Source: a candidate division Zixibacteria bacterium SM23_73_3 (GTDB lineage Bacteria > Zixibacteria > MSB-5A5 > SM1-73). Taken from it: a stretch of DNA of 49,438 bases. The stretch covers positions 1 to 49,438 of the forward strand of contig LJUX01000018.1 of assembly GCA_001304155.1 (NCBI GenBank), given 5' to 3'. The translations under genes were made by a program, and so were the position numbers. Numbering within the stretch: the first letter of the stretch is position 1; each line of letters opens with the position of its first letter. This document shows, piece after piece, positions 38,073 through 46,967 of this stretch. Below the pieces are notes generated by a model, which saw only the letters and a program-made list of their open reading frames with translations, was not told where the DNA came from and searched no databases.

Positions 38073-39995
38073 TTATCCAGCAGGTTCTGCTTCAATGGGA
38101 GGGGCCTCCGGATGTGGAGTCCCTGATAATGCCTTAAGCGCCTCCAAATTTTTCATCTTCAGGAGAAGTTCTTCATTTTCAGGATCGATCTTTCTCACCT
38201 GGGCGAATCTGTCCAGAGCATGGGAAACCATCCCCTTCCACTGGTAGAAAAGCCCTAACCTATAAAAAGAAAGAGCAAATACCCTCTGGGCGTCCCAATC
38301 TCTATGAAATGTCTCATCCTCTGGATCGAAGGGACCATCAGCACTCCATCTTTTCTGAGATATCAAATCCATTTCCGAGAGTCGATCAATTCGAGCCTTA
38401 CTTACTTCAAAAACGTACCCCTGGGGAATGAGATGGTTCACCAAACCTGAGTCCTTTTCGGAAAATTCGATATAGGTAGGCTTGTCTAAATCTTGGCATC
38501 TTTTCAGAAGCGTTCCAAACAAAGGCTCACCGATCAAGTTATTCTGAATTCCTGAGAATAGGGCTTTTTGCTCTTCCCGTTTCTGCTCCACATACCAGTT
38601 GAAGCCCAAAAGACCACGGTCAATTACGGTCACATCTCGTCTTATCCTTTCTGCATAATGAAGCTCCCGCAAGATGAAATTCAAATTCACGTTGTCCACA
38701 AAAAGAACTGAGTTCGAATCTATATCAGAGATAACGCTTAAGCCATAATCATGAGCAATCCGATTATTAGATAGATTCGCTTCCGGATAGTGTTTAAACA
38801 TAGGGAGAAGGGAAATCGCTCCAAAAGCAATCAAAAAGAGATGCCGGATGAGGGACGATGAATGAGCAATATGGTTTAATACAAAGAAAACGCCTATGCC
38901 ATAAAAGAAAGATAAAGCGAAGAGGGAGAAGATTAAGTAGCCATGCAGGTCGGGGTTGGTGGATATAAATTCTGTGGTTATGAATATCACCACCGCACAG
39001 TTGCCCACAATCAACAAAAGCAGAAAGGCCAAAATCTTCCGGTTATATCGGAACAGGATAAAAAGACCCAGCAGGCTGATGGTGAAGCACAAGAAAGTAA
39101 GTTGATCAGAAAAAAGTGAAAAGATACGTGACGTCTGGGTGATGATACCGGATAAAAATTCAAGGTTCAGATTTCTGATGGTTTCGAGGGCAAAGATGGA
39201 GTTGGCAGAGGAGAAGATGGATTTGACCTCACCCCAGGCTAAAGGTGGATGGGAGAGAGAACGGATGGGCGGATAAAGGTAGACACTCAGTCCCAATAAC
39301 AAAAATAAAGCAAAAAGATGGATTTTCTTCAAATGGGAAAACGATCTTTTTGCAAAAGCTAAGAAAAAAATCACAAATGCAGGAGCGGTTGAAAGGAGGC
39401 TTAAATGATGATTCCCCAACCCCAATCCTAAAATAAAGAAAAAAAGATAGATATGTTTTAGCTTTTCCTTTTTAAGATACAGAATACTTGAGAACAGAAG
39501 CAGGGCAAAAAAAAGAACGTTCAACGAATAAACTTCCGCTCTCACCGCCTGAATCCAAAACGAATAAGTAAAGCCAAGAACCAGAAGGAAAGAGAAACTC
39601 GAAACCATAATTGATTCCATTTTCTTAGCCATCTCCGGAAAAAACAGATTTAGGCTTTTCCCAAAGCTTTTATAGAAAAGCACCAGTGAAAAAGAGGCAA
39701 AGAGGCTGGAGAGAAAATTCACCTTTAAGGCAAAACTCCAGAAAGGGAGAAAGGAGAAAAGTTTACCTAAAAGCACGTAAATGGGAAACCCGGGACGATG
39801 GGGTATTCCTAATACTGCGATGTTGGCAATCAACTCGCCAGAGTCCCACCAGAAAACAGTGGGACACAATGTTATGGTGTAGACTGCAAGGAAGAAAATG
39901 AATACAGAGGCACAAATGGCATTTTCAGACGTAAGCAATCTTCCTTCTTTTCCTCTCTGGTTGAGATATTTGGTCAAGCTTACAATCTTTTTCAT
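38073..39995 (-). CDS. DUF2723 / TMEM260-like GT-C membrane glycosyltransferase with C-terminal TPR-like tail (copy B)
   Basis: YTITLCPTVFWWDSGELIA...LGIPHRPGFPIY, AEVYSL, GLGNHH, PIRS...P.LAWG. Confidence 0.9.
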   Translation of the reverse strand: MKKIVSLTKYLNQRGKEGRLLTSENAICASVFIFFLAVYTITLCPTVFWWDSGELIANIAVLGIPHRPGFPIYVLLGKLFSFLPFWSFALKVNFLSSLFASFSLVLFYKSFGKSLNLFFPEMAKKMESIMVSSFSFLLVLGFTYSFWIQAVRAEVYSLNVLFFALLLFSSILYLKKEKLKHIYLFFFILGLGLGNHHLSLLSTAPAFVIFFLAFAKRSFSHLKKIHLFALFLLLGLSVYLYPPIRSLSHPPLAWGEVKSIFSSANSIFALETIRNLNLEFLSGIITQTSRIFSLFSDQLTFLCFTISLLGLFILFRYNRKILAFLLLLIVGNCAVVIFITTEFISTNPDLHGYLIFSLFALSFFYGIGVFFVLNHIAHSSSLIRHLFLIAFGAISLLPMFKHYPEANLSNNRIAHDYGLSVISDIDSNSVLFVDNVNLNFILRELHYAERIRRDVTVIDRGLLGFNWYVEQKREEQKALFSGIQNNLIGEPLFGTLLKRCQDLDKPTYIEFSEKDSGLVNHLIPQGYVFEVSKARIDRLSEMDLISQKRWSADGPFDPEDETFHRDWDAQRVFALSFYRLGLFYQWKGMVSHALDRFAQVRKIDPENEELLLKMKNLEALKALSGTPHPEAPPIEAEPAG

Positions 39996-40026
39996 CTGAG
40001 CAGTGGTATTAATGGTGCATAAAAAT

Positions 40027-40195
40027 TGTAGTTGCTCGATTTATCGAGCTTGACATAAGGCCCAATAAATTGGGCAACTACAAAGGCAAAAACACCTTTC
40101 CCTGAAGCTTGTCTTCATCCCCGCTTTAGTTGCTCGATTTATCGAGCTTCACCAAGTCCAATCTCAAGATCCTGCGGATAAATTGGGCAACTATA
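40027..40195. repeat. Two GTAGTTGC...GCAACTA REP-like doublets (40027-40082 empty; 40127-40195 with insertion)
   Basis: tagttgctcgatttatcgagctt...aaattgggcaacta in both. Confidence 0.88.
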
Positions 40196-40253
40196 AAAAA
40201 CCCCTTTTTCTTTTCAATTTCTTTTATCAGAGTTCACCAACAGGGGAGGTGGG

Positions 40254-41609
40254 TTATTTTAATTTATATTTCTCTATCTTTCTGTATAAGGTGGAGGCGT
40301 CTATCCCCAGAATTGAGGCGGCTTTGCTTTTCTGCCAGCCAGTTTGATTTAATACCCAGAAAATATAAGCTTTTTCTATACTTTCCAGCGTAGGAGCGCT
40401 TGGTTGAACCTCTGTGATTAAATCGATATCCTTACCCTCTTTTACCTTCTGGGGAAGATCCTCTGGGGTTATCTGGTTTCCCTTGGACAACAAAACCGCG
40501 TGTTCGATGGCGTTTTCCAACTCTCTCACATTGCCGGGCCATTGGTAGGAGAGCAATAGCTTCATTGCCTCATCGGTGATAATCTTTTCCTTCATCTGCA
40601 TCTTCTGGCAATATTTGCGGATAAAATAGGAGGAGAGAAGCTTGATATCGTCCCTTCTTTCACGCAGGGGAGGAATTCTTATAGGTATAACATGTAACCG
40701 ATAATAAAGATCTGCTCTGAAGTTTCCGAATTTTACCTCTTGTTCCAAATCGACGTTGGTGGCGGCGATTAAACGCACATCCACTTTAACGGGGGCAGTC
40801 CCTCCCACCGGGGTGATCTCCTTTTCCTCCAGAGCCCTTAACAGCTTTGCCTGAATGGCGGGCGAGGTCATTCCCAGCTCATCTAAAAAGAATGTGCCGC
40901 CATCCGCCACTTTAAACAGTCCCTCCTTGTCCTTTATGGCTCCGGTAAATGACCCTTTCACATGTCCGAACAACTCACTCTCCAGAAGGTTCTCTGGAAG
41001 GGCGGCACAGTTTATGGTGACAAAGGGTTTGTCCGATCTGGGGCTGTGGTAATGTATGGCTCTGGCGATCAACTCCTTGCCAGTGCCGGATTCACCCTCT
41101 ATCAAAACGGTTGAATCTGATCTTGAAATCCTTTCTGCCATCTTCTTTAGCTTGGTTATTTCCTGACTGTTACCGATGAAAGAATCGAAGTCGAATTTGG
41201 TTTGAAGTTCCCTCTTCAAGAAAACATTCTCCCGGGCCATCTTTTTTTGTTCTAAGGATTTCCTCACCGCGATCTTTATCTCGTCCACCTTGAAAGGCTT
41301 GGTTATGTAGTCAAAAGCACCCTTCTTTAAGGCCTCGATGGCAGAGTCCACGGAGGCAAATGCAGTCATCACGATGAAATCAATATCCGGATTAACCGAT
41401 TTGGCCTGAGAAAGAAGCTCAAGTCCGCTCATCTCCGGCATCATCAGATCGGCAATGACTAAGTCGTAGTTTTCACTTTTGACTTGTTCTAACGCTGTGG
41501 GTGCATCCCGGCTGGTGGAGACGTGATAGCCTTCCTTTTTTAGCATGATCTCCATAAACTTACACATGGACTCCTCATCGTCGACCACCAAAATCTTAGC
41601 CTTGTCCAT
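40254..41609 (-). CDS. Sigma54-dependent response regulator (NtrC/PilR-like)
   Basis: Receiver ILVVDDE/DLMMP; GESGTGKE; GSFTGA; WPGNVREL; Fis-type HTH. Confidence 0.95.
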   Translation of the reverse strand: MDKAKILVVDDEESMCKFMEIMLKKEGYHVSTSRDAPTALEQVKSENYDLVIADLMMPEMSGLELLSQAKSVNPDIDFIVMTAFASVDSAIEALKKGAFDYITKPFKVDEIKIAVRKSLEQKKMARENVFLKRELQTKFDFDSFIGNSQEITKLKKMAERISRSDSTVLIEGESGTGKELIARAIHYHSPRSDKPFVTINCAALPENLLESELFGHVKGSFTGAIKDKEGLFKVADGGTFFLDELGMTSPAIQAKLLRALEEKEITPVGGTAPVKVDVRLIAATNVDLEQEVKFGNFRADLYYRLHVIPIRIPPLRERRDDIKLLSSYFIRKYCQKMQMKEKIITDEAMKLLLSYQWPGNVRELENAIEHAVLLSKGNQITPEDLPQKVKEGKDIDLITEVQPSAPTLESIEKAYIFWVLNQTGWQKSKAASILGIDASTLYRKIEKYKLK

Positions 41610-41788
41610 ATTCCTCCTTGGATTCTTTCGGAAAGATTAATACCGTCAATATTTGCCTATGTGGGATCTCTGAAAAAGTCGAATATAAGAGCTTTGCTGG
41701 AGTATCAAGCTTTAGCTTGACCTGTCCCTCAGATCCTGCGGACACTCCAGTTTGCCCCTTTAAAGTTGTTTTAAGAGACCTCCATTTA

Positions 41789-41815
41789 ATATCGGCAGAG
41801 AGGAAGTTCTCTATA
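41789..41815 (-). promoter_or_regulatory. Sigma28-like promoter upstream of the response regulator
   Basis: Minus strand TATA-N15-GCCGATAT. Confidence 0.5.
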
Positions 41816-41909
41816 AAGGAAAACAGAATTTAGCTCAGTTTTTGCGCTGATATGAACCGTATGATCCACCTTAGCCAGAGGATTGGGTAAGTGCTGATTC
41901 AAACCAGCT

Positions 41910-43130
41910 TCAAGCTATTTTGGACAATCTTAATTTAGAGAGGCAGATTATTACCAGAAAGATCCCGAAGGTTATGAAGGAGAGATACAAAGAAAGATCG
42001 TTGACTCTTCGCCCTACGGTTTCGAAATTGATGGCATTCACCAGAAGAAAAGATAGGGTCAGTAGTATAAAGACGAAGCGATCTTTAAGTCCAGTCCTCA
42101 AAACGTAATAAAGGAGTAGCATGTAAGCTAAAATGGATGAGGAATAATTTTGAAACCAGCCCAGAGGTGAAAAAAGTGCCAAAAAGATCAGAAGAAGCGA
42201 GTATTCTATGCACTCCGGATGTTTAACGAAATTCCCTTCCACAAATTTCGACTTGTGGTTTAAGAAGAGGAGAAAGATAAATAAACCTACGGCTGTGGCA
42301 TATATCAACAGATTTACCGTGGAATGATTCAAATTAAAGAAGTTGACCTGATAGGTGGTGGGTGTGGCAAAACGATAAAAGAAGGCAAAAAGGGATTGAT
42401 TCAAATCCACAGCCAAAAGTGGAGGCGAGGATGCGCTCATGACAGTCTTCCATCCGGAAAGCAGATTCAGATTGCCCCAAAAACTATAAACCAATGAAGG
42501 GATAAAAAGAAAAACAATACACGTAATAGCCATATAGCCGATCAGTCTGAATTTTTTCTTGTATAAAAGATATGGCACGAAGATCAAAGAGGTGGGTTTA
42601 ATCATTAGCGATAAAGCGAGAAAAAGTCCCGCTTTCAGTTCTTTTCCCCCACCCGTGGAGAGAAAAAATAAAAAGATGAAGAGAAGCATCAAAAGATCTG
42701 TTTGCCCCAATCGAATCTCCCGCACCAAGAATTTCGAGGTGAAAAGTATGGTCAATATATATAGATAGGGAGGGGGTGGTTTATCCCCCATTATCATCTT
42801 TTTGCTCCACCTCATAATGAAAAACAGACAAATGCACATTCCAGCAAGCCATATTATCTGGGCTGAGGAGAGAGAAAAAAGCCCCAGTGGAGCAACCACA
42901 ATGGCAAAGACGGGAGAATACTTATACAGATAATGACCATCATCAAAATTATAAAGATTTTCCGTATTGAGAACCCGGGTGGCGGCTCGGTGAACCACCT
43001 CAAAATCATTCATCCCCTTTCGCAGGGTATTCCGGAAAAAGCCCAGAACGACAATTATGAGAATTACGTACAAAGCTATCCGAAAGTAGTCTTTTTTCTT
43101 AAGTTTAGACATTCGCATATAAAGATTCAC
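41910..43130 (-). CDS. GT87 / DUF2029 GT-C membrane glycosyltransferase
   Basis: DF.V...A, YLYKYSP, GQTDL, IKP, NQSL; multi-TM. Confidence 0.87.
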   Translation of the reverse strand: MNLYMRMSKLKKKDYFRIALYVILIIVVLGFFRNTLRKGMNDFEVVHRAATRVLNTENLYNFDDGHYLYKYSPVFAIVVAPLGLFSLSSAQIIWLAGMCICLFFIMRWSKKMIMGDKPPPPYLYILTILFTSKFLVREIRLGQTDLLMLLFIFLFFLSTGGGKELKAGLFLALSLMIKPTSLIFVPYLLYKKKFRLIGYMAITCIVFLFIPSLVYSFWGNLNLLSGWKTVMSASSPPLLAVDLNQSLFAFFYRFATPTTYQVNFFNLNHSTVNLLIYATAVGLFIFLLFLNHKSKFVEGNFVKHPECIEYSLLLIFLALFSPLGWFQNYSSSILAYMLLLYYVLRTGLKDRFVFILLTLSFLLVNAINFETVGRRVNDLSLYLSFITFGIFLVIICLSKLRLSKIA

Positions 43131-43167
43131 TCGGGTCCATCCCGGCTACGGTGGAGTGCATTGCTTC

Positions 43168-43354
43168 GGAGTGCGCCAGCTTGCTGGCGCGGTTTTTTTG
43201 AGCTCGAAGAGTTTCTGAGGACGCCGGGATTACATCCCGGCTGTCCTGTTCGGGATACTATCCCGAAGGTCTCATACATGGCAGGGCTGAATGCCCTGCC
43301 CTATTGGTTATAGGTTGCCTTATGCATAGAGGCGGGAATTCATCCCGCCTCTAA
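43168..43354. repeat. Cluster of short palindromes shared with 30772-30834
   Basis: gcgccagcttgctggcgcggtttt vs gcaccagcttgctggtgcggtttt; gcgggaattcatcccgc vs cgggatgaattcccgc. Confidence 0.7.
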
Positions 43355-43401
43355 ACACAGCCATTTCACGGATCACGTTCTTCTTCAAACATATGTTCAG
43401 G

Positions 43402-43842
43402 TCATCCGGATAATTCTTTTTTGTGCTTGAATGTCCAGCGGTCATTGATAAAGAAGTTCAACAGAGTGCCACACAGAATGCCAAAGACATTGGAGGCGAG
43501 ATAATATACGTGAAAAACCTCAGTCAGAATCCATAAGATGGACAGGTTGGTCAGCATGGCGGCGCTGGCAGAGACATGATATTGCAACATTCTCCTGAAG
43601 TATTCTCTTTTTCCCTCTTTGCCCCGATCATGCCAGGTCCAGAGATCATTCAGCACGAAGTTGCTTACCAGGGATATCTCAATTGCCCCAATGCTGGATA
43701 AAAGATAATAAACCCCCACCTTCTCGGTCAGAAACCACAAGAAAAACATATTGAGCACAAATCCCGAAGTCCCCACCAGACAGAATTTCACGAAGCGAGG
43801 CATCTGTTTTTCCTGAATAAGGGGGTGTATTTTGTGATTCAA
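43402..43842 (-). CDS. GtrA family protein (lipid-linked sugar flippase-like)
   Basis: RFVKFCLVG, NFVLND.WTW, NFFINDRWTF; 4 TMs. Confidence 0.92.
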   Translation of the reverse strand: MNHKIHPLIQEKQMPRFVKFCLVGTSGFVLNMFFLWFLTEKVGVYYLLSSIGAIEISLVSNFVLNDLWTWHDRGKEGKREYFRRMLQYHVSASAAMLTNLSILWILTEVFHVYYLASNVFGILCGTLLNFFINDRWTFKHKKELSG

Positions 43843-43936
43843 TTTTTCTATCCTGTGAAAAACGAAGCTCTACGTAATAGGCATAAAAGTAGGAATAACA
43901 ATCGATTTCGTGTGGGACGAACCTTGCATCTGTTAA

Positions 43937-45343
43937 CTAACAGGATTTTCTCTCTAACACATATTTTCCGCTGTTCTCTTCGATCTTGGTGGGGTATTTG
44001 CCGGAAAAACAGGCGACACAGAAATCTCTTCCGTTAAGAGAGTGCATGGAGAGCATCCCCGGCAAAGAGAGATAACCTAAACTATCTACGTCCAAATATT
44101 TTCTGATCTGTTCCACTGATTTGGAGGAACCGATCAGCTCCTCTTTGGTGGGCATATCTACACCATAGAAGCAGGGCGAGATTATGGGGGGGGAACTTAC
44201 TCGAAAATGCACTTCCTTGGCCCCGGCATTTCTTAGCATTTTGATGAGTTTTCTGCTGGTAGTTCCCCTGACAATGGAATCGTCCACAACCACAACTCTT
44301 TGATTCTTTAAAACCCCTCTGACCGGGTTGAACTTGATGCGCGCATCCAGATCCCTTATGGTCTGCTCCGGCTCGATGAAGGTTCTTCCGATGTAGTGAT
44401 TGCGAATCAGACCCACCTCATACTTTAACCCGGATTCCTCACAATAGCCCAACGTAGCAGTGTTAGAGGAATCGGGGACCGAAATCACAATGTCTGCCGA
44501 CACAGGTTTTTCTCTTGCCAGTTGTCTGCCCAATCTCCTGCGGATTTTATCCACATTTTCACTGAAAATGATGCTGTCCGGACGGGCAAAGTAGATGAAT
44601 TCAAAAATGCAAAATGCGTGTCTGACCGGTTTGAAAGGAAAGGGGGACTTGATCCCTTTCTGGTTGATTACCAAAATCTCACCCGGCTGGATGTCCCTCT
44701 GGTATTTTGCTCCAATGATGTCGAATGCGCAGGTTTCCGATGCCACCACCCAGGCGTTTTTAAGCTTACCCAAAGCCAGTGGACGAAATCCGTGCGGGTC
44801 TCTGGCAGCGACAATGGAATTGCCGGTATTGAAGACCACAGAATACGCCCCCTTCACTTTCGAAAGAGCATCCCGAATCATCTCCTCCATGGTCTCTTTT
44901 TTGGAGCGAGCCACCAGATGCAAAATCAGCTCGCTGTCACTGGAGGTTTGAAAAATGGAGCCATTCTTCTCCATAGAGGTGCGAAGGCTGTAGGAATTGG
45001 TCAGGTTTCCGTTGTGAGCTAAAGCTAAATTCCCCTTTTTGTACGTGATAAGAAGTGGCTGAATATTTACTGAAGAGGAGGCGCCGGTGGTGGAGTAGCG
45101 GTTGTGTCCGATGGCTAAATGTCCTTTTAATTGATTTAAGATCTCTTTACGGGAGAAGACCTCATTTACCTCCCCCGGACCTCTATGCTGATAGACTTTC
45201 CCATTGTTGGAGGAAACGATTCCCGCTCCCTCCTGTCCCCTATGTTGCAAGGCATAGAGTCCCAGATAGGTGAGCTCTGCCGCCTTCTTTGCTCCAAAGA
45301 TGCCAAAGATACCGCATTCTTCATGAATCAGATTTTCTAACAT
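43937..45343 (-). CDS. purF: Amidophosphoribosyltransferase
   Basis: EECGIFG, LQHRGQEGAG, HNGNL, VVVVDDSIVRGTT, C.ACF. Confidence 0.98.
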   Translation of the reverse strand: MLENLIHEECGIFGIFGAKKAAELTYLGLYALQHRGQEGAGIVSSNNGKVYQHRGPGEVNEVFSRKEILNQLKGHLAIGHNRYSTTGASSSVNIQPLLITYKKGNLALAHNGNLTNSYSLRTSMEKNGSIFQTSSDSELILHLVARSKKETMEEMIRDALSKVKGAYSVVFNTGNSIVAARDPHGFRPLALGKLKNAWVVASETCAFDIIGAKYQRDIQPGEILVINQKGIKSPFPFKPVRHAFCIFEFIYFARPDSIIFSENVDKIRRRLGRQLAREKPVSADIVISVPDSSNTATLGYCEESGLKYEVGLIRNHYIGRTFIEPEQTIRDLDARIKFNPVRGVLKNQRVVVVDDSIVRGTTSRKLIKMLRNAGAKEVHFRVSSPPIISPCFYGVDMPTKEELIGSSKSVEQIRKYLDVDSLGYLSLPGMLSMHSLNGRDFCVACFSGKYPTKIEENSGKYVLERKSC

Positions 45344-45607
45344 ATTACCTTCCTGTTGAACATATGGTGTACGAATGAAAAGCTAATTTACAATAAGTGC
45401 CTTCTGGTGTCAAGCAATTTCACAGTCTATACACCAATCAAAAGGTCAAACGACCAGATGTGGGGATTGTCCCTTGCATAAAAAGACAATTTTACACGAA
45501 ATTCTTGACACTACTGACGCAGACCCTCGCCTTACAAAAAACTTGCCAAACAAGGGTATACGCATTATATTTATATTTCAGGAGGGGGATTTTTTTATTT
45601 GTATGTT

Positions 45608-46285
45608 ATGGCGAAAAAAATAATTGCCATAGACGGGCCGGCGGCGTCCGGAAAAAGTACCACGGCTAAAATGGTGGCAAAGAGATTAGGCTTTTTGTAT
45701 CTGGATACCGGAGCCATGTATCGCGCCATAACCTTAAAGGCGCTGGAGCTTGGGGTGGACGTAAACGACGAGGAAAAGTTAGAAAATTTGACCAAAAATT
45801 CCGTAATCAATTTTGAAAACAAAGACGGCACAAGCAGAATATGGATGGATGGAAAGGATGTGACCGAAAAGATAAGAGAACCTGAGGTGGACAGAAACGT
45901 ATCCTATGTATCCATGCATGAAAAGGTCAGAAGAGTGTTGGTGAAAATGCAGAAGAGGATGGGGGAGGAGAACGATCTGGTGGCAGAGGGAAGGGATACC
46001 ACCACTGTGGTTTTCCCTCACGCTTTTAAGGTCTACCTGGATGCAGATCTTGAAGAAAGGGCAAAAAGGCGCTTTCTGGAACTCAAGGAAAAGGGGATTC
46101 AAACCTCGCTGAAGGAACAGAGCGAGGAGATATCCCGAAGGGATAAGTTAGATTCAGAAAGGGAACAGAGCCCCCTTCTTCGGGATAAGGATGCGGTGGT
46201 GGTGAACACCACCCATTTGACCATTGAACAACAGGTGGATCGAGTGATCCAGCTGTTTTTGCAGAATGTCGCGGCAGAGGCTTAA
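45608..46285 (+). CDS. cmk: Cytidylate kinase
   Basis: IAIDGPAASGKST, YLDTGAMYRA, EGRD. Confidence 0.97.
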   Translation: MAKKIIAIDGPAASGKSTTAKMVAKRLGFLYLDTGAMYRAITLKALELGVDVNDEEKLENLTKNSVINFENKDGTSRIWMDGKDVTEKIREPEVDRNVSYVSMHEKVRRVLVKMQKRMGEENDLVAEGRDTTTVVFPHAFKVYLDADLEERAKRRFLELKEKGIQTSLKEQSEEISRRDKLDSEREQSPLLRDKDAVVVNTTHLTIEQQVDRVIQLFLQNVAAEA

Positions 46286-46296
46286 ACAGATTTGAA

Positions 46297-46920
46297 GTGA
46301 GAACTCACTATTATATAGGTTGTCTGATTATCAAACTAATTCTTAAGATTTTTTGGCGCTTCAAAAGAATCGGAGCAGAGAATATACCGAAGATTGGAGG
46401 GGTGATCATCGCCGCCAATCATGTGGCTTACGTAGATCCTCCAGTTATCGGAGCTGTCACTCCCCGGGAACTTTTCTATCTGGCTAAGGCTGAGCTTTTC
46501 TCCAATGCGCTTTTCGGATGGCTGATAAAAAAATACAATGCCATTCCCATCACCCGGGGAGCTTTTGACAGAAAGGCGATCACCAAAGCAGTGGAGCTTT
46601 TAAGAGAAGGAAAGGCGCTTCTTTTCTTCCCGGAAGGCACCAGAAGCAGAGATGGTAAATTTCTGGAACCCAAGTTGGGGTTGGGAATGATTGCGCTAGA
46701 GGCAAAAGTGCCAATAGTACCAGCCTACATTTCCAATTCGGGAAATTTATTTACGTCTTTCCTTAGAAGAAAAAGGTTGGTCATCGGTTTTGACGTGCCA
46801 ATCGAAAAGAACTTTCTGGAAGAGTTGCCCAAAGATAGGGAAGGATACAAAAGCATCGGACTGGAGATTATGAAAAAGATCGGCATGATAAAAGAAAAGA
46901 TAGAAAAATGTAATTTTTGA
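46297..46920 (+). CDS. plsC: 1-acyl-sn-glycerol-3-phosphate acyltransferase
   Basis: NHVAYVD (HX4D), FPEGTRS. Confidence 0.92.
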   Translation: MRTHYYIGCLIIKLILKIFWRFKRIGAENIPKIGGVIIAANHVAYVDPPVIGAVTPRELFYLAKAELFSNALFGWLIKKYNAIPITRGAFDRKAITKAVELLREGKALLFFPEGTRSRDGKFLEPKLGLGMIALEAKVPIVPAYISNSGNLFTSFLRRKRLVIGFDVPIEKNFLEELPKDREGYKSIGLEIMKKIGMIKEKIEKCNF

Positions 46921-46967
46921 TTTGGTTATTTGAAAAAAACGAGTAAATTAACAAAGTGGATGTGAAG

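Noticed and set aside
29821-40195. CRISPR array
   Set aside because: Repeats are dispersed palindromes, not regularly spaced direct repeats with unique spacers; no cas genes
41690-41760. c-di-GMP-I riboswitch in the response-regulator leader (GGGCAAA...CAAAG on the minus strand)
   Set aside because: Lacks the GNRA-capped P2 and the GACGCAAAG junction; better explained as a palindromic repeat with an inserted hairpin
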